Source: Candidatus Multivoradales bacterium | Lineage (GTDB): Bacteria > Acidobacteriota > Thermoanaerobaculia > Multivoradales > Multivoraceae | Length of the DNA stretch: 64,000 nucleotides | Reading direction: 5' to 3' | Assembly: GCA_965223325.1 (NCBI GenBank) | Contig: CBDCWI010000002.1 | Span: 320,001 to 384,000 of the forward strand | Part shown: positions 28,139 to 40,100 of the stretch, one piece after another | Position numbering within the stretch: position 1 is the stretch's first letter | Layout of the letters: every line of letters starts with the position of its first letter | Notes under the pieces: generated by a model | Told to the model about the DNA's origin: nothing | The model's input: the letters and a program-made list of their open reading frames with translations, nothing else | The model's database searches: none | Translations under genes and position numbers: made by a program

Positions 28139-31100
28139 CTACCGGCTCGTGTTGTCCCAGGCACCGACACCGCCACCCTCGAAATCGTCGGCAAACAGGA
28201 TCTCTGGACTGGTCGAGTTCCCGAGGCTGGGTAGCTCGAGCGCCGGGTCTCCGATCAGGTGGTAGATCTTCGCCAGGTCGTCGAACCGCGTCTGAGGGGC
28301 GATGGTGCCGAGAGAGTGAAGCCAGACGTCACCGAGCCGCTGTGGCTTGCCGGCGAGCACCTGTGCCAGGAGTTGGCGGCCGAGCTCCACTGCCTCGTCG
28401 TGCACCGAGAGGCCGGACGGGGCAAGGACCGCGACCGCGCCACGTCGTGGCTCGAGCGTCAGCTTCTCGGCCAGCGAAACATACTGTGGCACTTCGAAAC
28501 GGCCGGCCGAGCACGTCAAGGCGCTCACGACCGGGAACAGTGGGCCTGTTTGTAGGTCAGATACGTCGGCGACCGTCAAAAGGCCCTCGGCTGCCAAGCG
28601 ATCAAGACCGCCATGCCCCAGGAAGTTCATCAGCACCGAACCCGATGCAAAGGACTGTCTGGTTTGTGCCCTGGCCTCTGTAAGGGAGAGCGAGCTCAAG
28701 CTGATCTCGTTGACCGAAAGATCAGCGGGGACGATGGATGACATGAGGGAGCTGTCGCGAGGGAAGTCTCCGGCGTAGTCGGGATTGTCGCTCAGGAACG
28801 AGATCGTACCGGCTGGATCGCCCGCAGACCGCTCGAACCATTCGACCTTCTCGAGATAGGCGCTGAGCTCGGCGGCGTTGCTGATCGGAATGCGTCCGAT
28901 CGCAACTTCGAGACCCGGGGATGTCGTCAGGTCGGCCAGCGCGGAATCGGATGCATAGAGTCCATGGGGGGTCGCAACCAGGGCCGGGGGCAGCAGATTG
29001 TCTCCGTTCTGCAGCGCATCGCGGTAGTCCATCGAACCTCGACCCAGGAGAACCACGTAGCGAGGCACAGTCGACCAGCGGTCGAAGGCTCGGCGTAGAA
29101 ACTCTCGGACAGCCCAGGGATTCGCCTCGCCGTAGCTGAAGGCGTCGTAGATCGCCTCGACCGGGACCACCGAGGTCGAAAGCCCCGACCAGGTGGCACG
29201 GTAGTCCGCCAGGGCGTCGCCGGCATCCATGAGCGCTAACGGAGCGATGATCAGATACTCGGCTGCGTAGGCGTCGAGTCTGGTGGCCGTTGCAGCCGGC
29301 CTGACGAGGGACGGTCGCAGTAGCGAATCGCGTGCTGTGACCTCGTAGGTACGAGTGCTGTCTGACCAGAACACGATCGAGGAACCTGCGGCTCCGTCAT
29401 CACCTGCGGTCGGAAGAATCACCATCGGTTGAGAGGGATCCGTCACGTCGAGCATCACGCCGCCCCCGTTACCGAGGCCGGTGACCTCGACCAGGGAATC
29501 CCCTCCGAAGAATCGCAGCCTTCCGCTTCCATCCAGGATTGGGCGACGGGGGTAGGACACCGTAAGGCCGTCGACGTAGAAGATGCTGCGACTCACTCCA
29601 GGCATGGCAACTGCGACCAGATCGAGACGGATTGTGGAAGCGCTGATGACGCCTGGGGGAACTTCGAAGCGAAGAGTGCGGTGCTCACGACCGGGAAAGC
29701 TCACTGTCCCGACTGGAACGCCATCGACCTGCAACGACAAACCGTGATCCATGACCTCCAGGCCGTCGGTGGCACCGAAGACGTCGACTTCGATCACCGT
29801 CGAGAGGGCCTCCGGGACGTAGTGTGGCAGCTCGAGAATCAACGTCTTCTCGAGCAGACTCGAGTGGCTGGTGCCGTGAACCGACCAGAACCAGAACTCG
29901 CGCTCTGGATCTCGGGCTGCGGCGGTCGCCGGGAAAACATCGTTCTCGAAACGCAGAGGTGAGAGAACCGCTGGGGCAGCGACTTCCCTGGCCCCAGCCT
30001 CAGCCACCCGCTCGGTGACCTCGATCCCCAGCCGGCGCTCGAGCTGATAGACGCTTCCAGAGTGAAACAGGGATGGCGCGCCGAAAGCATAGAAGGAGAG
30101 CCCTGAACCATCGAGGCTCCACCACGGAATCTCCTCGCCAGCTCGAGACAGTCGCAGACCTTGGCTCGCGATCAGCGAGGCGGCAGCATCTCTGCTGATG
30201 GTCATGGCGGATGCGACCTCTTGGGTACTCAAGAAGTGAATCCCATCCCGAGACACGCCGATGTGAGCCCTTGGACCCGAGATCGCGGCCGGCAAGAGGG
30301 CGCGCGCAGCCGGCGGACTCAATGGACTCTTCGTGGGAGCATTCGGGATCGACTCGAATGCCGCCCCGATCGCCGCCGCGCGGGTGTCGGCGCGAACCTC
30401 GAACACTCCGAGGTGGCGGGTCGCTCCTGACAGTTCGACTTCCTCTAGAAGATAGAGTTGGGGTTCCGAGGCCGTCGCATCGTGATCGAGGAGGCGATAC
30501 GTCGCTCCGGCAGGCGCAAAGACCTCGGCTGGCAAGACACCCTCGTGGACTGGAACCCATCCGAGTGCAGTCGAGAAGCGCGACACAATGAAACCCAATG
30601 TGCCCTCCTCGCTGGCGGTACTCCACTCGAGCACCGTCGAATCGCCGAGGCTGGATGCCGAAACGCTCGCCAGCAGGGCGCGGGTCACGGGCCGGGCGTA
30701 GCCGAAGTCTTGAGGAGGCGGATCGACCGCGGCGATCGAAACTGGCTGAACACCGGCAGTTGCGAGCTGTGTCGTTTGTTCGGCGCCGGAGATGCTGGTG
30801 CCAGACAGGTCCGAAACGATCAACCAGTCCGAGGATCCAGGCAGTCCGATGAACGCGTAGGTTCCGTTCGCCAGACTCGTCACCGCACCGAAGAAGGGAT
30901 CCGTGAGATCAAGGACCCCATCACCGTCCAGGTCGCGGTAGAGGGAGAGTACGGCCCCACCAACACCGGCCTCGCCACCGTTCAGGACGCCATTGGCGTT
31001 ACCGTCTTCGAAGACTGTCCCAACGATCTTGTACGACGTGCTGCTGACAGTGAACCCGAAATCGGCGGTGAAGTCGGACGGCGCTCGAACGCCGGGTGAC

Positions 31101-34100
31101 AGCGTCACGGCGTAGGGATCCGCCTGCGATTCGCCATCGGTCTGAGTGACGCCCTGGGTCCTGGATAGGCCCTCGAGAACCAGGCGCTCGTCGCTGACGC
31201 TCGCCAGGTAGTCTTCCGGGGGAAGAGCGAGGAAATAGTATTCGCCATTGCGGTCGGTGATTGCCTCTCGAACCAGGTTGTCGACCCCGGGCTCGACGGT
31301 GGAGTTGTTGTTGGAATCGAGCCACAACGCCACCGTGACGCCCTCGATCCCGGGCTCACCCGGATCATGACTGCCGTCACCGTTCTTGTCGTGCCAGACG
31401 AGGTTGCCGATCGTGCCGAGACCAGCCCCCGGCGCGTAGCCAAAGTCGGCGCTGTCATGATTGTCACCTGCAACCACCGTGATGGTCGCAGTCGGGTTGC
31501 TGCCGGCACTGAGGTTGAAACCAACGAGTAGTCCCACAGTGTCGGTCACCTCGACGGTGTAGTCGCCAGCTGCCAGGCCGGAGAAGGAGTAACGACCATC
31601 GGCGGCGGTCATGGTGGTTGCGAGCAACGAACCGCCAGAGTCGAAGAGACTGAGGCTGACGCCGCCGATTCCAGACTCGCCCGCGTCTCTGGATCCATTG
31701 CCATTGGCGTCGAGAAAGACGAGGTCGCCGATGGTGGCAAAGCCGGTGCCAGGGACTGTTTCCTGGAACCCGAAATCGGCGAACAGCCAGTCCGTTCCAG
31801 CGTCGACGGCGAAGTTCATCGCTGCCAGCGGGAAGCTGGTCGGATTCGGATCGAGCCCGGCAGGTAGCTTCGACGTATCGACTGACACGTTGTAGACCCC
31901 GGTCGTGCTGATGCCGGTTGCCAGGTAGTTGCCGTAGGCGTCGGTGGTTACGGTGACGTTGTAGCCACCCGGACCGGTGACCGTGACGTCTACTCCGGCG
32001 ATTCCGAGTTCGCCGGGGTCCTGGATCCCATCACCGTCGGCGTCGAAGAAGACAGTGTCGCCCAGCGCGCTACCAACAGTTGGGGCATATCCGAAGTCGG
32101 CCGTGTCGTCGTCGGTCCCGGCGGCGAGGGCAACCATGGGCGACGCCGGTCCGGTGCCGGGAGTGGCGCCGAACCCGGCCGGCAAGGTGCTCTCGTCCGG
32201 GTCGACGAAGTAGTTTCCGGGCGCGAGTCCACTGAACAGGTAGGAGCCCGCGAGGTCTGTCGTCGTCGTCTCGAGCAGCGTATCGCCTGCACCCCGCAGG
32301 CCGTCACCGTTGCTGTCCTCCCAGAGTTCGACGACCACGCCGGACAGGCCATTCTCAGCACCGCTCATCACGCCGTCTCGGTTGGCGTCGAACCACACCG
32401 TGTCACCAATCGTGCCGCGCTCCTGGGTGCGGTTGTAGCCGAAGTCGACATCACCGACGTTCGTTGCACCGAGGGCGACGGGAAGCGCGTCGAGGCCGCT
32501 GGTGAGTTGAGCGTCAGCCAGTACATCGTCGTCGTCGGTGACCACGACACGGTAGTTGCCGGCGGCCAGATCCCGAAACGCGTACGCACCGCTCGCATCC
32601 GAGATGGTGGTCGCCAGCACGTTGCCGCTCATGTCTTCGAGAGCGAGGGTGACTCCCGCGATTCCTGGCTCACCGGCACCGTCGTTGACACCGTCGCGAT
32701 CACGATCGTCGAAGATCGTGCCCGAAACATCGGCCAGAACAGCATTCTGAAAGCCGAAGTCCGCGTCGAGGTAGCCGGCAAGCACCGAGATCAGAGTGGC
32801 CTCGATCTGGATACCCGGCGCGTTGGCGCCCAGCTCCTGATCGGCGGTCGTCGCGGTGTAACCGGTGAGTGCCGCCTGGGACCCATCGATGCTCGCAAAG
32901 TAGGTACCGGCGGCCAGCGACTCGAAGCGGTAGTACCCGGCACCATCGGTCACGGTCGACAGGAGCGGCGTGTCGAGGAGCATGTCGAACACTCCGTTGG
33001 CATCGGCGTCGCGCCACAAGTTGACCGTGACGTTGGCAATGCCGACCTCATCGGGATCAAGGACACCGTCAGCATCGACGTCGCTCCACACCATGTCACC
33101 GATGGCACCCGGCACGTTGTAGCCGAAGCTCGCGCCACTCAGGTTTCCGGTTGTCACCGAAAGCGGAAGTCTCGAGTTGAGCGCCGCGGTTGTCGTGCCG
33201 GTGAGGCCAAGAAGCTGTGCATGAACGTCGGTGACCTGAAGCACATAGCTTCCCGGAGCCAGGCCGGTGAAGGTGAAGAAGCCCGAACCATCGGAGACCG
33301 TCGATGCGACAACGTCACCGTGACTGTCGAGCAAGCTGAATGTCACACCTTCGAGACCGCGCTCGCCGATGTCGACGAAAGTATCGGCGTTGGCATCGAA
33401 CCACACCCGGTCGGTGATCGACCGCGTCGCCGCGCTGTCGTAGCCGAAGTCGGCATCCAGATGAGCGTCACCTGCCTCGACGACGATCGGAGCGCTCTGG
33501 TCGGTTCCAGGTGATTGCGGCCCCGAGGTGACTGAGTAGCCCGAGAGAACCTGCCCAGCCGAGAAGTTCGAAGCGGCCACCTCGACGGAATAGCTGCCGG
33601 GAACCACATCGTCGAACAGATAGAAGCCGTCGGCAGCGGTGGTGGTGGTTAAGACGACCGTACCGGCCTCGTTGAGGAGTTGGACGGTCACACCGCCGAG
33701 GCCAGCTTCGCTCGGGTCCTGGAGCCCGTCGGCATCGGCGTCGCTCCAGATCCGGTCGCCAATGACCGCGCGGGTGGTACTGGTGTTCGTGTAGCCGAAG
33801 TCGAGATCGAGGAAGGTCTCATTCGCCGTCACCGTGCGCACAGAGCTCGGATCGGAACCGCCAGCGGTGAGCGAAAGGGCGCCGGGTACGGTTGCGTCCG
33901 TCACGTCAACGAAGTAGACGCCGGGCGAGAGAGCGGAGAACCGGTAGCTGCCGTTGATGTCGGTCGTCGCCAGTCCGACGACAGTGTCGTCGCCGCCTCC
34001 GGGTTGTCCATCTCCTCCGGGGTCGGTCAATAGAACCGTAACGTTTGCGAGACCAGGCTCGCCGACATCCTGGGAACCGTCTCCGTCGACGTCGTGCCAC

Positions 34101-37100
34101 ACTCGATCGCCGATGATTCCACCGCGGCTGACGCGGTCGATCGTCATCGCAAAGATCGGCTCGATGGTTTCGCGACTCGACGCACCGGCGCGGTTGGTGA
34201 TCTGACTAACAGCGCTCGACAGTGGATCGTCAACGACCACCTGAAACGTGAGACTGAGGGACTCTCCCGAGAGCAGATAGACGTCGGGTCCCGGTGGAAC
34301 CATCAGCGCCGGCGCCTGTGCACCGACCGTTCGAAGGGCTCGCGAGGTGACATCGATCGTGATCGAGTCGGCGTAGAAGTCATCACTGCCGTTGTTGGCG
34401 AGGCCAGACGACAAGAGGCGCAAGAGGTTGTCCGCTGGGTTGGAGTCGAGATAGGTGGCCGGATCGAGCGCGATGCTGAAGTTTTGATAGGCGGAATCGG
34501 TCGCCGGTCCGGCGAATCGCGTCAACTCGGTCCAGCTCGAACCACCGTTGTACGAGATGTCGAGCGTGACGTAGTCGGAAGCACCATCAAAGCCGGCCCG
34601 ACGGTAATCGAGACTGATGGTTGCGGCCGTGCTGCCGGTGAGGTCGAAACCGCGCTGGGCACCCCTCCCGCTCTTCTGGATACCAAGGCTCAGGTCGCCC
34701 GAATCGGTGAGTACCTGAACGTCCCCTCCAGACGGCGATCCATCGTCGTTGATTTCTGACCAGGCGTTCGGACTCCAGTCGAGCGTCCCGTCCGACCCGT
34801 TGTATCCCGGATCCGGATAGGTCGCCGTGAACTCGTCGCGATAGTCGCCGGTGCCGACGATCATTCCGCTCAGCTGGGCGCTTCCTGGCACGTAGGTCGT
34901 ACCGTTGGGCAGCGGATCGGAGATCGAAACCTCGGTGACCGGAAGGGCACCGGAATTGAGCACGGTCACGTTGTAGTTGATCACGCTACCGGGATTGACC
35001 GGCCCGCCGCCGGCGCTCGATGATTTGGTGATCGAAAGCTGAGAACTGGCGCCGACCTGATAGCCAAAGTCGATGGTGTAGTCGACGCTACCGCTAGCGA
35101 TGCTCACCGACCCCACGTGGTCGCAGACGGTGCAGCCGGCGCCCTCGTCCGGGTCGTAGAAGAGCACCACGCTCGCCGGCAGCGAAGCAGTGACCACCGC
35201 AACGGTGTAGTTGCCGTCGGCGATATCTCCGAAGGCATAAAACCCCTCGCTGTCGGTGGTCGTCGATGCAACAACGGAGAGCGAGGCATCGACCAGGTTG
35301 AGCTGTACGTTGGCCAGACCGAGCTCCGACGAAACGCTGTAGAGGCCATCACCGTTGCTGTCGAGCCAGACGGCATTGCCGATCGACCCTGGCGCCTGGA
35401 AACCGAAATCGGCAAAGTTGACGAGCTGTCCGGCCCGCAACTCGACCGCCAGGACGCCGTCGCACACCGTACAAGGGCCGGTTTCGGTCGGGTCGCCAAC
35501 CAGCGTCGAACTCGGGAGGTCCGGGTCGGAACTGTCGACCCGAACGATGTAGTCGTCGGGAACCAAACCACGGAACCAGTACTCGCCCTGGGCATCGGTC
35601 GTCGTCGTGCCCCGCAGCACGTCGGTGCCGGGGGTGTACAGGCTGTCGCCGTTTGTGTCCTGGTAGAGCCAGACGGTGACGTTGGCGATTCCAATCTCGT
35701 AGAGATCGTACAGCGCGTCGCGATCGTCGTCGCGCCAAACGCTGTTGCCGATCGTGCCGGGCGGTGCGAAACCAAACTCGAGATCCGCGCGTGTTTCGCC
35801 GGCAGTGAGGGCCACCTGTTCTGGATCGTTCTGGGTGCTCAGAATGTAACGATTGCCATTGGAATCGTTGGGGAGGTCGGTATCTGAAGTGTCGATGTCG
35901 ACGACGTAGTTACCGCCCGGCAGGCTGTCGAAGCGGAAGCCGCCGGCGCCGTCACTCGAGAGGCTGCCGATCAAAGCGTCCTCGGCATCGACTGCTCCGT
36001 TGCCGTTGTCGTCTTCATAGAGTGAGACCTTGATGCCGCCGAGTGAAGCTTCTTCGGCATCGTAGATCGCGTCGCGGTCGGCGTCGGTCCACACGACACC
36101 CGCGATGGTTCCGCTGCCTGTAGGCAGGTAGCCGAAGTCCATCGTTAGCACCGAGTCGCTTCCATCGACGCTGGCACTGCCCTGGGCATCGCAGGTATTG
36201 CAAGCAATCGGTTCATCGGGGTCAGAACTCTGGAGATAGCCATCGGGCAGGTCCGGGTCGCCCTCATCAACGACCACGACGTAGCTACCAGCCACAAGGC
36301 CGGTAAACAGATAGGCGCCGCTCGAGTTGGTGCTCGTCGAGGCGACGAGACCATCCGCGCTCTCGATGACACCGTCGCCGTCTTCGTCCTCGTAGAGAAG
36401 CATCGATACATTGGCGATCCCCTCCTCGCCAGAATCGACCTGGCCGTCCCCGTCCCAGTCTGTCCAGAGCAGATCGCCGATCGTCGACGAGCCGCTCTCC
36501 TGGTACCCGAAGTCGTAGCTTCCCTTGACCTGGCCGCCGGCGACCGCCACGGAGATGGTGGTCATATGGTCGAGAGTTGCATCCGGATCGCCGGTCTGGT
36601 TCCAGGTACCGCCGGCAGGCAGTGTCGCGCTGATGATCGAGACCACGTAGCTTCCATTTGCCAGATCGCTGAACAGGTATTGACCTGCCGAATCGGTGTT
36701 GAGGCTGACTGTTGGGCCGTCGTCTCCATCGCCACAGATCGTGTTTGCGCCGCAGTCCTTCAGATCGACCTGGACGGAGTCCAGGCCCGGCTCGCCGGTC
36801 TCCTGGACGCCGTCGCCGTCCAGGTCACGCCAGACCGTTCCGAAGATCGTGTTGGGAAGCGTGTAGCCGAAGTCGAGAACAGCGTCATCGTTGCTTGCTA
36901 GACCGTCCGCATTGGCGAGTGGCGCACCGCCTCTGTCGTCGCAGACGCCGCAGACTCCCACGAAATCTGGATCGCCGGTCTGGGTAAAGGTGCTCCCGGG
37001 CAACGTCGCAGGAAGAACCAACGCCACGTAGCTCCCGTCTGCGAGACCATCGAACCGGTAGGTGCCGTCGGCCTCGGTCTGCTGAGACACGAGCCGCACA

Positions 37101-40100
37101 CCGTCGCTCGGGTTGCCATCGTTGTTGGGGTCGCTCCACAGTTCGACCGTGACTCCCGGAACACCCGGCTCGGCACCGTCTCTGATCCCGTTGCCCGGCG
37201 TGCCTCCTCCCGAGCCGTCGTCAGAGAAGACGGTTCCCGAGATCGTGCCTCGTGGTGCGACATCGACTGTGTCACTGGCAGTGACATCGGCGATAGCGAA
37301 CCCGTCCAGGTACTGCGCACCGTTCGTAGCGGCGGTGTTGGTCGTGGTCGCGACATCGTTCTCGCCGTCGCCGTCGTTGTCAGGAGGTTCGAGGGCCAGA
37401 AAGGTTGCCGTGACCGAGGCGGTTTCCCGAGAATCGAGCGGACCGAGATCATTCCAGGCAAGAACGCCGGTATTGGCGTACGGTGTCGTCGTAAAGCTCA
37501 GGGAGTTGGCCGGTGGATCCGACCACTGGAATTGCAGTTGATCGGCATCGAACGTGTCGACCAGAGGAAGCGGCGAGAGCGTTCCGCCAGAAAGGGCCTT
37601 CGAGCACTCCTCGAGAGTGATGCGGATTCCGATGGCGTCGATATACAGCGTGACGCCGTCGTTCCCGCCCACTGAGGCCGGGTAGTAGCGGATCTTGCTG
37701 TACCTTCCGTTGTTGGAACTGATCCTGTGAAAGGAGAGTGACGTGACATCGGTCACGATCGTGCCGGCATTGCCCACGCCGATGTGGTTGTTGAGGGTCG
37801 CAGAGTCGATGGTGATGAGGTTGGAACCATCGGTCAGCCCTATGTTCAACACATCGTTGCTGACCGCTGAGTCGATATAGAAGTGGATGAACGTCTCGAT
37901 CTTGAGGAAGTTGTGGGGCAGATATCCCACCGCCCATTGAGGGTTCGCGTAGGTCGCCGAGCCGAAGGGGGCTGGTTCGTAGCTTCCGTCGAGTGCCGCC
38001 AGGGTGGCCGGGGGGGAGCCTGAGACGACGCCCGGGTAGGGGGGCCAGTTGTCCCTGATGAGGTGTTCCATGGACCATGTTTCGACCTGGCAGGGACCAC
38101 CGAGAGCGCGACGCTCGACGAAGTCTCTAGCGTTCTGTCGAGCGTTACTCCATGAACCGGCGAGGTTCGTCTCCGATCGTTTGACGCTTGGGAGTTCGTT
38201 GCCTGGCAACGCCGGAGAGATGGTGGTCGCTATGCCTCCTACCGGGGAGGATGTAGTCTTTTCGGCGATCTCGGCCGAGGGCGAAACAGCGTGCACCAAA
38301 GGCTCGAGAGTGGTTCCAGCGGCAGCGTCGAAGGTCGTCGCGCGCCTCGCGCCGCCGCTCAGGCAGCCCTGCTTCGTTACCCGCACTCCGATCGCGTCGA
38401 GCTGTGGATTGGCATCGTCGGAGCTCCCAGCGGTCACCATGACTGCCGAAACATAGAAGTTCGGATCGGAGAGAGCCGCCCAGTCCCATGTCTGAAGCGC
38501 GGTCACGTCACAGATCATCAATGTGTCTTGGTGATGCGACGAACTTGGCATGGAGGTCCAGGAGTTCGGAGTTGGACATGCCGACGTCGCAACGCCGTCC
38601 TCTGAGTAGACGAAATGAAAGGTATCGTTGCTCAGAGTGCTGACCTTGGTGACCCTCATGACGAGCTGCACGTTCTCGATTGTTCCCGTGCCACCAGTCC
38701 AGTCGAACCCGGTTCCCCGATACTCGCCGGCCCACAATGAGCTGACGCCAGCGGAGAAGCCGTCAGGCGGCCCCAGGCCGTCGGCAGGCGAGAGATCAAA
38801 GGTGGTGTTCGCCGCGTCATAGCTCTCGGCCCACCGCGTCATCACGCAGGAATCTGCGGGAGCCACGTAGGACGTGCCGCTCCTGTTGTTGGTGACATCG
38901 ATTTCAAAGGTGACCAGCTCGCCTTCTGCAGCCGGGTCGCTACTGGTCAGACTCTTGGTGATCACCAGACCAGCCTGGAAGCCAAAATCGGCGGCAGCGT
39001 AGGGGCTGGTGGTCACGCCTCCGAGATCGGTCACAGCAAGCGCGGTTCTGGTGGTCGGAGCGTAGCCATCTGGGAGGTCGGGATCGGCGCGATCGACGAC
39101 CGCGATGTAGTCCCCATCGGGGAGGTTGGCGAAGCTGTAGGCGCCGGAACCGTTCGTGACCGCACTGGTGATCAAGAGATCGCTGGAGTCTAAGGACCCG
39201 TCGCCATTGGCGTCCCAGTAGAGCTCGACCAGAATCGACGCGATGCCAGTCTCAGCGGCGTCGACGCTCTTGTCGCCATCGGCATCGTGCCAGACCACAT
39301 CGCCGATCGAGTTGCTGCCGGTCACCAGGCTCACGGTGCTGTCGCGAGCGAAGGGTGGAGCTTCTCCGAAGCCGAGCTCGGCCTCGTTATCGATGAACGG
39401 CAGGCCACTGAATGGCGAGTCGACCTGAACCTCGAACGACGGCGTGACACTGCCTGACGCCGGTAGCGGATCCCTGAGCCACCACCGCAGATCGGTCACC
39501 GTCGCCGGATCACCCGGCTCGGTCGCAGTCCATGTGAGACGCCCATCGGTCGAGTAGAGAATCAGAGCGGGCGTGTTGGGCGTGTACCCGAGTGTGATCT
39601 GAGCGCTGGCCGCAACGTACGTCGTGTTGGCTGGAATGCTGTCGGTGACGACCAGGGGCACTCCGAGGGCCGGATCACCCGCCGGAGTGACGGCATCGTT
39701 GTCGACCTGAATCGAGTACAGAAGAGTGCCACCAGGAGCGACCGACACCAGGTTGACGGACTTCTCGAGCGTGATCTCGGGAGCGTAGGTCCCGATCTTC
39801 GGCAGACTGATGCCGTAGTCGCCGGTGAACTTCTCGTTGTCAGCCCCAGACGCGACTTCCTGGTAGGGCGACATTCCGATGCTGCAGCCGCCGCGTAGCG
39901 CCAGAAACTCATAGTGCACCTCGCCTCGGCCGCCGGTGTTGTCGGGCGGAAGGTCAGTGAAATAGAGCTGGTCCTCGAAGTTGATCACCAGGTCTGGATC
40001 GCCGCCGCTGCGTTTGATGGTCAAGGTGCCATAGGTGCGCACGAGGCGAAAGCAGGTTGGGTCATGCGCAGGATCTCCCACCGGCTGCAGCCAAGCGTTG

